A stretch of 40,616 nucleotides of DNA from an uncultured Pirellulales bacterium (GTDB lineage Bacteria > Planctomycetota > Phycisphaerae > Sedimentisphaerales > Anaerobacaceae). A program made the translations under genes and the position numbers. How positions within the stretch are numbered: the stretch's first letter is position 1; each line of letters starts with the position of its first letter. A model generated the notes under the pieces. It had not been told where the DNA came from, made no database searches, and saw nothing but the letters and a program-made list of their open reading frames with translations. Shown piece after piece: positions 26,735 through 34,607 of the stretch. Where the stretch lies: NCBI GenBank assembly GCA_964576935.1, contig CAZNXD010000001.1:1-40616 (forward strand), in the 5' to 3' direction.

Positions 26735-27034
26735 ATGAAGACTATAGACAAGGGCAAAGGGTATGTGTATTTGCTTCACTTTGATAAGCCCTATCGCCAT
26801 GCTCGGCACTACCTAGGCAGTACGAATGACCTTGATGGTAGACTGGCCAGGCATAGGGAAGGCAACGGAGCTAGGCTGATTCAAGTAGTGACCGAGGCAG
26901 GTATAGGCTTCAGTCTTGCTAAGCTCTGGGTCTTTGATACGGAAAAAGAAGCTAGGGTGTTTGAGAGAGGAATGAAGAAGAGAAAGAATACACCACAGTT
27001 CTGCCCGTTGTGTAATAGGGAGAAGCTAGTATGA
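26735..27034 (+). CDS. GIY-YIG family nuclease, 99 aa
   Basis: GYVYLL ... HYLGSTNDLDGRLARH ... E matches the GIY-x(10)-YIG, Arg and Glu layout. The C-terminus has CPLC. Confidence 0.8.
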   Translation: MKTIDKGKGYVYLLHFDKPYRHARHYLGSTNDLDGRLARHREGNGARLIQVVTEAGIGFSLAKLWVFDTEKEARVFERGMKKRKNTPQFCPLCNREKLV

Positions 27035-27138
27035 GAAAGTCTAGGGCTTGGTCAATAGCAATACTTCTACTAATATTCCTAAGTCTAGGCTTGGGGGTGT
27101 CAGTAGTGGTATTGCTGGGCATGGTTCCAGTAAATTAA
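27031..27138 (+). CDS. Tiny single-pass membrane peptide, 35 aa
   Basis: ATGA overlap with the GIY-YIG stop. Sequence is MRKSRAWSIAILLLIFLSLGLGVSVVVLLGMVPVN. Confidence 0.4.
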   Translation: MRKSRAWSIAILLLIFLSLGLGVSVVVLLGMVPVN

Positions 27139-27158
27139 GATACTGCTAGGGGGGCAAC

Positions 27159-27395
27159 ATGGAAGAGCATGAGGAAGAGATGAGCATGGAGGATGAGGTG
27201 AGCGATGGTAAGGTCATAGCCTACTTCTATCCGGTGGAAGGCGGGAGCCGACTTAGCTTAGAAGTAGAATGTACTGGGGAGCAGGTTATCAATCTCATAC
27301 TTGCCCTGATGGAGCAGGCTAGGCTGAGTATGGGGAAGCTGGCATTGTACCAGGAACTACAGAAGCTAAGCAAGGCTATGTCCAGGGACAACTAG
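27159..27395 (+). CDS. Small acidic hypothetical protein, 78 aa
   Basis: Intact ORF with a G-rich RBS. Confidence 0.6.
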   Translation: MEEHEEEMSMEDEVSDGKVIAYFYPVEGGSRLSLEVECTGEQVINLILALMEQARLSMGKLALYQELQKLSKAMSRDN

Positions 27396-27459
27396 AGCTG
27401 TGGAGTACGCAGAGTATTGGCCTGAACTTGACAATGTAGTTCAGCTGGAGGACAATACA

Positions 27460-27600
27460 ATGAGTCGCCAGCTGACTACACTCCCGCCCTATACAACTGT
27501 GCATCACTGGCGCTGTGTAGACTGTGGGTTAGAGTGGTATCACCCAGACCTGCATCCTTGCCAACTGTGTAGGGGAAGGATAGAGAAAGGAGTAGGATAA
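27460..27600 (+). CDS. Zinc-ribbon protein, 46 aa
   Basis: ATG 27460 lies 8 nt after GGAGGA. CVDC...CQLC pattern. The track GTG start at 27400 has a poor RBS. Confidence 0.5.
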   Translation: MSRQLTTLPPYTTVHHWRCVDCGLEWYHPDLHPCQLCRGRIEKGVG

Positions 27601-27749
27601 TGGACAAGGACTTTAGGGACTATGATGTGGCAATAGCGGAGATAGAGGAAGTAGCCCTCTGCGGCTGTGTAGTACTGGATGTACTTACCTGTGCTCTCTG
27701 TACTAGCAAGTCTTGCCCCGATGACTGTATCTATGATAGGATATTCTAA
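27600..27749 (+). CDS. Cys-rich small protein, 49 aa
   Basis: TAATG overlap with the upstream stop. Eight Cys residues (CGC...CALC...C...C). It is below the track cutoff. Confidence 0.5.
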   Translation: MDKDFRDYDVAIAEIEEVALCGCVVLDVLTCALCTSKSCPDDCIYDRIF

Positions 27750-27767
27750 TCTATAAGGGAGGATACA

Positions 27768-27953
27768 ATGAAACATCCTAGAATGTTCCGTAGCCAGAAC
27801 CTAATGAAGGCTCCTCGTACCAAGGCTGAGGAAGGGAACTACTCCAACATCAAGACCGACTTCATCACTTGCTGTGTCTGCGGTAAAGGCAAGGGTACAC
27901 TGGTCAAGGAATCAGATGGTCTATACAGGCATGTAGACTGTAGGAGGAAATAG
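27768..27953 (+). CDS. Small Cys/His protein, 61 aa
   Basis: GGGAGGA RBS. CCVC...HVDC pattern. Confidence 0.6.
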   Translation: MKHPRMFRSQNLMKAPRTKAEEGNYSNIKTDFITCCVCGKGKGTLVKESDGLYRHVDCRRK

Positions 27954-27955
27954 CC

Positions 27956-28291
27956 ATGAGCTACGAGAAACTACTCCACCGCTCCCAGTGTCCCTGTTGC
28001 TTCGCTGATATGGAGCAAGCTGACCTGATTGACGAGACTACATGGGAGAGTTTGACTGTACAGGGTAGAGCAAACCTATGTGAGCTGGCTGGTATCACTG
28101 GTAGACATGGGGCTAAATCCTACAACGACCTATGCAAACTGTCGGATGGGGAATTGCTATGCCTGTGTGACTACAAGTGTAATGGCTGTGATACCTATTG
28201 GCCAGTTGCAGACCTGCTAGCTGCCACAACTACACCACAGCAAACAGCTATATACAGGCGAGAGCATACGGGAGAGGGCAGTGACGATTAG
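27956..28291 (+). CDS. Cys-rich hypothetical protein, 111 aa
   Basis: GGAGGA RBS. CPCC and CxCxxxCxxC patterns. Confidence 0.65.
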   Translation: MSYEKLLHRSQCPCCFADMEQADLIDETTWESLTVQGRANLCELAGITGRHGAKSYNDLCKLSDGELLCLCDYKCNGCDTYWPVADLLAATTTPQQTAIYRREHTGEGSDD

Positions 28292-28394
28292 GGACTTTCC
28301 CATACGCCAGCCAGGTCAGTCATACCGCCAGCACGCTTTGAACAAAAGGGCATGGAGAGTAAAAGGAAAGAAATAGAAGAAAGGAGGAGGCACA

Positions 28395-28841
28395 GTGGAG
28401 AACAAGTTAGAGACAAAGGTTGAGGAAAAATTTGAGCAAGCAGAGCGAAGCTACCAGAGAGCTGTCATGGAGCATGAGGAGGAGCTAGCATTTGCTCAGT
28501 CAATCCCAGAATCACTACAAGAAATAGACTGGTGGATACTGCATAGGAATCATGCAGACAATGCTGACTGGTACATGGAGACTAACATTGTAGATAACGA
28601 GAAGGGAGCTGAGCTAAGAAGACAGTTGGGATTACTAGGTGCTGTTAACTTCAGGGAAGTATACAAAGGACATAGCGAAGCCTGGAAGTGCCACTGTTAT
28701 CTACGCATAGGGGAAGAGACAGTCCTAGTCTGCATTGATGGCGGAGCTACGCCCCCAGCTTGCAGAATTGAAGCCACTACAGAAATGCAAGAGATAATTA
28801 CCTACAAGGCTATATGCGAGAATACTGGCGAGGAAATATAG
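28395..28841 (+). CDS. Hypothetical protein, 148 aa
   Basis: The GTG start lies 5 nt after AAAGGAGGAGG. Confidence 0.6.
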   Translation: MENKLETKVEEKFEQAERSYQRAVMEHEEELAFAQSIPESLQEIDWWILHRNHADNADWYMETNIVDNEKGAELRRQLGLLGAVNFREVYKGHSEAWKCHCYLRIGEETVLVCIDGGATPPACRIEATTEMQEIITYKAICENTGEEI

Positions 28842-28880
28842 TCCAACACTATAGAAGTAAGTAAGAAAGGAGGTAGCAAC

Positions 28881-29048
28881 ATGGCAGTCATAGCTAAGAT
28901 AGAGTCCAACAAGCTCATCATCACTGCTGACCTGGACGGGAACACGGCCAGCAAGTCTGGCAAGTCCATCATCAAAGCCAGCACTGGCGGGTTTATAGCT
29001 GTGGGTAATAGCATAAGCTACAGCCTAAATGTAATAGCAAAGAAATAA
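28881..29048 (+). CDS. Small hypothetical protein, 55 aa
   Basis: AAAGGAGG RBS. Sequence is MAVIAKIESNKLIITADLDGNTASKSGKSIIKASTGGF... It is below the track cutoff. Confidence 0.55.
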   Translation: MAVIAKIESNKLIITADLDGNTASKSGKSIIKASTGGFIAVGNSISYSLNVIAKK

Positions 29049-29061
29049 AGAAGGAGGCAAC

Positions 29062-29337
29062 ATGGGATACTATATAGAGGTTCCGCAAAGCAAGGGTAAG
29101 GCGCAACAGCTAGTAGCCCTACACAACGCTAAGATTGCAGCTTGCCTAACGTCACTGGATGAAGTACCAGATGACCAGGCACTAATCTGTATTGTAGACA
29201 ACGGGCCTTTTGAAGCTGCCGGATACTGTTATTCACAGCAAGAACTGGATGACTTCAGCAGCTTTGATGGCCGCTTCAAACAGTGGGTACTTATGGACAA
29301 GGCACTTGCTGAGAAACTGTCTGGGTATAAAGAATAG
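29062..29337 (+). CDS. Hypothetical protein, 91 aa
   Basis: GAAGGAGG RBS and an intact ORF. Confidence 0.7.
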   Translation: MGYYIEVPQSKGKAQQLVALHNAKIAACLTSLDEVPDDQALICIVDNGPFEAAGYCYSQQELDDFSSFDGRFKQWVLMDKALAEKLSGYKE

Positions 29338-29451
29338 AAAGGAACTCCTACACCCTATGCAATACTACAAGTTCTGGCTACCATTCGTAGCTATATGGAG
29401 CGTAGCATCTATACTAGCAGTAGTGTTGGGAAATTAACTTAATACTACCGA

Positions 29452-29481
29452 TTGACTTCCCAATACCTGACATGTTACAAT
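29452..29481 (+). promoter_or_regulatory. Sigma70-type promoter
   Basis: TTGACT (29452..29457), an 18-nt spacer, then TACAAT (29476..29481) with TGt extended -10. Confidence 0.6.
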
Positions 29482-29496
29482 AGACTAGGACACAAT

Positions 29497-29802
29497 ATGA
29501 CAAGACCAGCGGATATACGCAGAAAGATACTGAAGAATAGAGGGGTGGAGCTTACCCGTATGACTCGCAAGCCGAGGACTATGGATGAGCTTCCCTCTCC
29601 GTTCCCTAAGACTCGAACCATGCGCTTTATAGAATTGAAGCATGGGAAGAGACTAGAGGATATTATTATGTCTGGGACTATCTATGAGACAGGAAAGAAA
29701 TTAGGCCTCAGTCCTAGTACAGTTAGCAAGTGGCGCAAGATTATTAATGAAGTGTTCTGGAAGAACTTTCCAGAGCAAGGAGGGGATAATGGCTCTCAAT
29801 AA
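29497..29802 (+). CDS. HTH DNA-binding protein, 101 aa
   Basis: ATG 29497 lies about 9 nt downstream of the predicted TSS. The track TTG start at 29452 is the -35 hexamer itself. The segment IYETGKKLGLSPSTVSKWRK is HTH-like. Confidence 0.65.
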   Translation: MTRPADIRRKILKNRGVELTRMTRKPRTMDELPSPFPKTRTMRFIELKHGKRLEDIIMSGTIYETGKKLGLSPSTVSKWRKIINEVFWKNFPEQGGDNGSQ

Positions 29803-30025
29803 TACTGATGCAATTGGTGGTAGCAATACATTAACTGGGATGCTGGAAGAATACTATGGTGCTCCAGAATGTAGTGCTGACCGAATAGCTACCGACATAG
29901 AGATTGGGAGGATTAAGGGAATCTTCAAAAAGTGGCTATTGGCGCAGTATGTAGACAATGAGCTTCCTGTGCATACAGTTACTGCCAGTGTTATAACTAC
30001 CCTTATTACTGATATAGACAAGTAA
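29789..30025 (+). CDS. Hypothetical protein, 78 aa
   Basis: ATG 29789 follows AAGGAGGGG. It overlaps the end of the upstream gene. Confidence 0.6.
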   Translation: MALNNTDAIGGSNTLTGMLEEYYGAPECSADRIATDIEIGRIKGIFKKWLLAQYVDNELPVHTVTASVITTLITDIDK

Positions 30026-30053
30026 ACGGTGACAGAAAGCGAGAACCAGCAAC

Positions 30054-30908
30054 ATGTCCATAGACAGCGCAAAACAACTGCTAGCATGGAAGCCGCCTTA
30101 CCTTGGCAACCCCTTCATAGCAGACGGAATACTCCTGCCAGAAACTAGGATGATTATATTCGGGGAAGCGGGTAGCTGGAAATCCAACTTAGCCCTCCAC
30201 ACTATGTTCTCCATCTCCCAGGGTAAGGAATGGATGGGATATAAGACCCAACCAGCAGTTGTTCTCAAAGTCCAAGCTGAACTACCCAAATACATTGATA
30301 GAGAGCGGCTAGTTGTATATGGGGCATCAGCAGGACTACTGCCTGACAATATCTTTTTCAAGACTGTGGGAGATACTATTGGAGGGGATGAGCGAGTAAA
30401 GCTAGACACTACATTCGGTATGCAAGCCCTGGCCAAGTATATTGAAGAAGTACAGGCTCGCAATCCTAGTGCCCAACTCGTAGTGCTCCTAGACCCGCTC
30501 AAGGACGTTATGGCGGGGAAGATTACTGACGAGTATGATGTGCGCAAGTTCCAAGACAACCTTAACTCACTAATATCAAAGTACCACTTCGCAGTAATTA
30601 TCTTCCACCATAGTAGAAAGAGACAAGCAGCTGGTAATGGGGAAGGTTATCTGGATGGTGGAGGAGAGGAATCACTAGGAAGTATCCACTGGAAGAACTG
30701 GTGCGACACTATGCTCCGGTCTGTAATTATCAACCCCTACTCAGGTTCAGACATCATTGAATACAGATGGGAGAAGCACCGTAACGCTAGGAAGTACCTA
30801 AAGTCTTTCAAGGCGCAGTGGAGCCGGGGAACTCTCCTTCCAACTATACTAGTTGAGGAAGCTGTGGATGTAGAGGACATAAGCATACACGGATTCCAAG
30901 GAGACTAA
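30054..30908 (+). CDS. RecA-fold ATPase (RepA/DnaB C-terminal-like) with a non-canonical P-loop
   Basis: The P-loop reads GEAGSWKSN and Walker B reads QLVVLLDPL, followed by FHHSRK. This layout resembles RecA-superfamily replication ATPases. Confidence 0.7.
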   Translation: MSIDSAKQLLAWKPPYLGNPFIADGILLPETRMIIFGEAGSWKSNLALHTMFSISQGKEWMGYKTQPAVVLKVQAELPKYIDRERLVVYGASAGLLPDNIFFKTVGDTIGGDERVKLDTTFGMQALAKYIEEVQARNPSAQLVVLLDPLKDVMAGKITDEYDVRKFQDNLNSLISKYHFAVIIFHHSRKRQAAGNGEGYLDGGGEESLGSIHWKNWCDTMLRSVIINPYSGSDIIEYRWEKHRNARKYLKSFKAQWSRGTLLPTILVEEAVDVEDISIHGFQGD

Positions 30909-30915
30909 TAAACTG

Positions 30916-31230
30916 ATGCGAAAGAGTCAGGAACGGAATACTTTCGAGAACTCGGAATTGGGCATAGCCTGTAAGGAACGGGACAACTATACCTGTCAAC
31001 GCTGTGGTGCTGTTACCTATGACAAGAGCAGAGCCTATACCGCTCACCATATCTGGTATCTAGAAGAGGGTGGGCCGAATGTACTAGAGAACTTAGTCAC
31101 GCTATGTCGCAGTTGCCATACTACAGTCCATGCCCACAAAGTCTCACCGCTAGAATATTTGCCTGATAATCTATTAAAGAACTTCCTCAAGATACAAGGA
31201 GCATATGAGTTTTGCGTAGGTCTAGTATAA
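30916..31230 (+). CDS. HNH endonuclease
   Basis: CQRCG ... AHHIWYLEEGGPNVLENLVTLCRSCHTTVH gives the CxxC, HH, N and CxxCH pattern. Confidence 0.85.
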   Translation: MRKSQERNTFENSELGIACKERDNYTCQRCGAVTYDKSRAYTAHHIWYLEEGGPNVLENLVTLCRSCHTTVHAHKVSPLEYLPDNLLKNFLKIQGAYEFCVGLV

Positions 31231-31255
31231 TTGAACTAGGAATATATAATGTATA

Positions 31256-31285
31256 AACGTATATATTATTATAATAATATACGTT
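31256..31285. repeat. 30-bp AT-rich near-perfect palindrome, related to the 23748..23768 element
   Basis: AACGTATAT + AT + TATTATAATA + ATATACGTT. The 9-bp arms are perfectly complementary and the core is the same 10-bp palindrome as at 23753..23762. It is followed by GTTTCGGTTTATATATTC. Confidence 0.6.
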
Positions 31286-31336
31286 GTTTCGGTTTATATA
31301 TTCTATCGTATCCTTCATATCTTTCCAATAACTGTA

Positions 31337-31365
31337 TTGACACTTGGCGGGACTTGTGGTATAAT
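31337..31365 (+). promoter_or_regulatory. Sigma70-type promoter
   Basis: TTGACA (31337..31342), a 17-nt spacer, then TATAAT (31360..31365) with TGg extended -10. Confidence 0.7.
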
Positions 31366-31488
31366 GAACTGTTCGTTTGAATTGGGGCGCTATTATCAGG
31401 AGGCAGGATAATGACTGATGGAGGTGAGCATGAAGTAAGTAGCAAGAGGTAGAAATAAATTTAAGTAAGTAAAGGAGAGAACAGAACA

Positions 31489-32172
31489 ATGGTAGAAGAT
31501 TTAGTAAGCATTAGAGGACTTGTCGAGGGAGGCGGAACTCCGCTGCGACACTTCAAAGCCAAGTTTGCAGGGTACGAGACTGAGCCGGCGACAGGGTATG
31601 AAGGGACAAGGGTGAATCTGAACTTTGCTGACCTGGAAGTAATCGCCAGCACGGAACCTTATAATCTCCCGACCACAGTTATTAATCTCGGCCTGTCTAA
31701 TAGGAAGAAGAGCAAGTGGGGGTACTTCGGTGACTCCCTTGCTGCCTTCCTTGCCCCGGAGGAGGATATAAAAAGCTGCACTCATAGAATCCTGGAGCTG
31801 GTGTACTCCGATGGACTGGATGGGAGACCTTCACCAGACACTACGAAGATATGGCAGCGGGATTCTGACCGAGAGCAATATCCTGATGGAATGGTTCCTA
31901 ATCCTACATGGACAGTTATCGGACTGGATGGGGCGCAGAAGGCTGAGTCTGGTTCTATTGAATCAGCCAATGATAAACTGCTTCGGGAACTCATCGGGAA
32001 GACCAGGGCCGACTTCAACAAGGCTGCCTTTACGCTGGAGTATGTAAGAGCGAATCCGGCACTGCAACGAGCGGTAACTGATAAATCCTTCATCACTGGC
32101 ATGGTGGCTAGTGGAGCTGCCCACGAAGATGCTAATGGTGTGTTCCAGGCAGGGCCGGAGCCAGCAGCCTAA
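31489..32172 (+). CDS. Hypothetical early protein, 227 aa (DNA-binding or SSB role is only a guess)
   Basis: Strong RBS AAAGGAGAG. It is the first gene after a consensus promoter. No motif is recognisable by eye. Confidence 0.65.
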   Translation: MVEDLVSIRGLVEGGGTPLRHFKAKFAGYETEPATGYEGTRVNLNFADLEVIASTEPYNLPTTVINLGLSNRKKSKWGYFGDSLAAFLAPEEDIKSCTHRILELVYSDGLDGRPSPDTTKIWQRDSDREQYPDGMVPNPTWTVIGLDGAQKAESGSIESANDKLLRELIGKTRADFNKAAFTLEYVRANPALQRAVTDKSFITGMVASGAAHEDANGVFQAGPEPAA

Positions 32173-32256
32173 TAAATGAGCGAGTGCTGGTGTCCAGTAT
32201 ATACTCTGGGCTTAAATGGTAGCGTATATCGCCAGCCAGTACAGGGGAAGGACAGC

Positions 32257-32400
32257 ATGGATGCTCTAACAATAATATTTGCAGCTATAATACTATCAGT
32301 AGGAGGACTATCCAGTTGTGTGGCTCTGGCCTTCGGCTGGGGACAGTTCAGCTATCTTATCTTTGCAGGAGTGTTCCTGCTGATATGTTTACTGCTGTAG
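32257..32400 (+). CDS. Small two-pass membrane protein, 47 aa
   Basis: ATG 32257 follows GGGGAAGGA. Sequence is MDALTIIFAAIILSVGGLSSCVALAFGWGQFSYLIFAGVFLLICLLL. The longer track ORF from 32176 has no RBS. Confidence 0.5.
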   Translation: MDALTIIFAAIILSVGGLSSCVALAFGWGQFSYLIFAGVFLLICLLL

Positions 32401-32450
32401 TATCGGGTTAACAGGCCTAGCATTAAGCTATAATGGCCTTAGGCCTCGGG

Positions 32451-32487
32451 CTGGGAAAGTGCAAGTTCAATGTTACAGCTTTCCCAG
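32451..32487 (+). other. 9-bp stem-loop in an intergenic gap (RNA structure or weak terminator)
   Basis: CTGGGAAAG (32451..32459) pairs with CTTTCCCAG (32479..32487) around a 19-nt loop. A second small hairpin GTCTC/GAGAC follows. There is no U-tract. Confidence 0.35.
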
Positions 32488-32525
32488 TCTCGGCGTGAGA
32501 CTATTATAAAGGAGAGGTAAAATAA

Positions 32526-32810
32526 ATGTATAGATACCGACAAAGGTATGGTAAACTATACCTATTGAAGTATGAGGTCATACGCACCACTCCAGCTGGT
32601 AAGTGGATAAAATCAGGAAATATGTATCCTGTCAAGGAAAAGTTTGTCAAGAATGTAGGTAGAAAGAGATTTGCCTATGAGACAAAAGAGGATGCACTAA
32701 CAAACTTTATCAAGAGAACAGAACGACATATAATGTTTATGGAATGTAACATCAGTTCTGCAAAAGAAGCATTAGCTAAAGCTGTTGTAATAAAAGGAGG
32801 GAACAATTGA
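32526..32810 (+). CDS. Hypothetical basic protein, 94 aa
   Basis: AAAGGAGAGG RBS and an intact ORF. Confidence 0.65.
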   Translation: MYRYRQRYGKLYLLKYEVIRTTPAGKWIKSGNMYPVKEKFVKNVGRKRFAYETKEDALTNFIKRTERHIMFMECNISSAKEALAKAVVIKGGNN

Positions 32811-33454
32811 GAAGAGAATATAACCCCGAACTAGACAATGTAATCTTGGAGCACCTGACTGAAAAGTACAAGTTGGCCTACCACAGGTCAGAAACAGACT
32901 GCCACTTGTCTACCTACAACGGCTGTTTGACAAAGGCGTTTTGGGAGGCAAGAGCACCTGTAGACCCTACGCCAAAGGAATGTATGTTCTTTGCTGTTGG
33001 GTTGGGGCTACAGGACTTGCTAACCCCAGACTCGGCGGAGACACCGCTATTTGAGAAGGACGGAATTACCTTCCGGCCAGACTATATGATGAAACTGTAC
33101 AAGGACGAGTACCACGAACTAAAGACTACTCGCCTGGGGGAGAAGAGAATAATGGAAGCTCTCCCGAAATCGTGGATAAAGTATATGGAGGGCGGATGCT
33201 GGATTAGAGGATTAAAACACTATCACCTGACAGCACTATTGCTGATACCAGCTAGGCTCTGGTCAGAGACAATCTACTTTGACGAGATTGAACTGGAGGA
33301 TAATTGGCAGGAAGTATTGGAGAGGAAAGCTATTGTTGATGCTGCCTTTACTGACAACATCCCGCCTGTTCCCTTTGACTATAATCTGGGGGAGTGGGAG
33401 TGTAAGGAATGTAGGTATAGAACACTGTGTGATGCAGTGGCCATGTCTAAATAA
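32807..33454 (+). CDS. PD-(D/E)XK nuclease, Cas4/RecB-like, with Fe-S type cysteines
   Basis: RPDYMM...YHELKTT gives the D...ExK motif. There is an N-terminal Cys, plus C-terminal CKECRYRTLC (C-x2-C-x5-C). The TTG start follows AAAGGAGGG and overlaps the upstream stop. Confidence 0.7.
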   Translation: MRREYNPELDNVILEHLTEKYKLAYHRSETDCHLSTYNGCLTKAFWEARAPVDPTPKECMFFAVGLGLQDLLTPDSAETPLFEKDGITFRPDYMMKLYKDEYHELKTTRLGEKRIMEALPKSWIKYMEGGCWIRGLKHYHLTALLLIPARLWSETIYFDEIELEDNWQEVLERKAIVDAAFTDNIPPVPFDYNLGEWECKECRYRTLCDAVAMSK

Positions 33455-33478
33455 GGGTGATTATAGTGTGGGGGTGTT

Positions 33479-33700
33479 ATGAATAAGTGTCCATTAGGAG
33501 AAGCAATGACTAAGGAAATTCACTGGCTTGAGTATTGTAAAAGTTGTGGGCGGAATCATCGGATGAAGATGAGAGGTTGCCCCACCTGTAATGTGTATGA
33601 AACGCCTCAACCTGCATCTGATAAAGTGGCTGATACTTGTTTGGCGCACTATGAATGTGATGGGTGTGAGGCTTATAAAGAACACACAAATCCTTATTAG
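33479..33700 (+). CDS. Cys-rich zinc-binding protein, 73 aa
   Basis: CKSC...CPTC...C...CDGC patterns. Confidence 0.6.
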   Translation: MNKCPLGEAMTKEIHWLEYCKSCGRNHRMKMRGCPTCNVYETPQPASDKVADTCLAHYECDGCEAYKEHTNPY

Positions 33701-33717
33701 GAGAAGCAGGAGGTAAT

Positions 33718-33891
33718 ATGGACTTAGAAGAACAGGTGGCGAAGGCTATGCGGGATTTTTCTAATGGTATATGCCCCAATGGAGAACCCCTTGAAAGTGG
33801 CGATATGAGATATGTCCCCATGATGATGCATATGAGAAACGAGAATGTGATGCATGCTGGGCAGACTTGGAAGGAGAAGGATAATGGATAG
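33718..33891 (+). CDS. Small hypothetical protein, 57 aa
   Basis: GCAGGAGG RBS. It is below the track cutoff. Confidence 0.5.
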   Translation: MDLEEQVAKAMRDFSNGICPNGEPLESGDMRYVPMMMHMRNENVMHAGQTWKEKDNG

Positions 33892-34099
33892 CCTATTCAA
33901 AGTGGGAGATAGGGTAAAACAGATATATCCCACCTATGAGACTGGTACAGTGGTTAGAGTTGATAAGCCTACTCTCAACCCTCACTGTATCCTCGTAAAA
34001 ATGGATGGTAGAATTTCAGGAGAAGATATCAAGGTGTTTCAGCCAAGCCATATAAAACTTATATCAAAGGAGAAGGATAATGGACATACTAACGGATGA
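33884..34099 (+). CDS. Small beta-rich protein, 71 aa
   Basis: ATG 33884 follows GGAAGGAGAAGG. Sequence begins MDSLFKVGDRVKQIYPTYETGTVVRV... Confidence 0.6.
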   Translation: MDSLFKVGDRVKQIYPTYETGTVVRVDKPTLNPHCILVKMDGRISGEDIKVFQPSHIKLISKEKDNGHTNG

Positions 34100-34310
34100 A
34101 GAACAAACCAGAGCATTTAAGGATATTCCATTCGCTGACTTAAGGGGTAAAGAAGCAAGGGACACACTGTGCAAAACCCAAGCCCTCAAGACTAAGGCAT
34201 GGATAAAGGGGGAGTTGGAGAAGCTACCTCACACAGAGCGAACCCTTAGAGGTAGGCCAGTTCTAAGTTTCTTCAAAGACCAGTGGGATAACTTCTGGAA
34301 GGAGGACTAA
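34080..34310 (+). CDS. Hypothetical protein, 76 aa
   Basis: AAAGGAGAAGG RBS and an intact ORF. Confidence 0.6.
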   Translation: MDILTDEEQTRAFKDIPFADLRGKEARDTLCKTQALKTKAWIKGELEKLPHTERTLRGRPVLSFFKDQWDNFWKED

Positions 34311-34607
34311 ATGAAACTAAGTGAACTGAGGCTTACACCAGAGGATATCAAGGAACTAGAAAAGACCGTTGCTTCGGCAAGGTTCGTTTTGGGGTCAGGG
34401 GGTTTATTACTACTCGAATCATCAAAAGAACATTACAGGTGTATAGTAAAATATCTAGAATATCTCCAAAAGCTAATAGACAGAGGGGATATATATGTGA
34501 AGACGGGTATAACTTATTACGCATCTTCTGAATATCCACCTGTTGATGAGTATATCCCCCTATCTGAATCGGGGAAAGAAATAATAAAGGAGGAGCACAA
34601 TGATTAA
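34311..34607 (+). CDS. Hypothetical protein, 98 aa
   Basis: GGAAGGAGG RBS. Confidence 0.65.
   Translation: MKLSELRLTPEDIKELEKTVASARFVLGSGGLLLLESSKEHYRCIVKYLEYLQKLIDRGDIYVKTGITYYASSEYPPVDEYIPLSESGKEIIKEEHND

Noticed and set aside
29210-29437. 75-aa track ORF, and a 26-aa hydrophobic peptide starting at 29357
   Set aside because: The long form overlaps 29062..29337 out of frame. The short peptide has a poorly spaced RBS, so support is too weak.
31489-32172. Calling the 227-aa early protein a T7 gp2.5-like SSB
   Set aside because: It has no acidic C-terminal tail and no recognisable OB-fold motif by eye. Only its position and strong expression signals suggested the idea.
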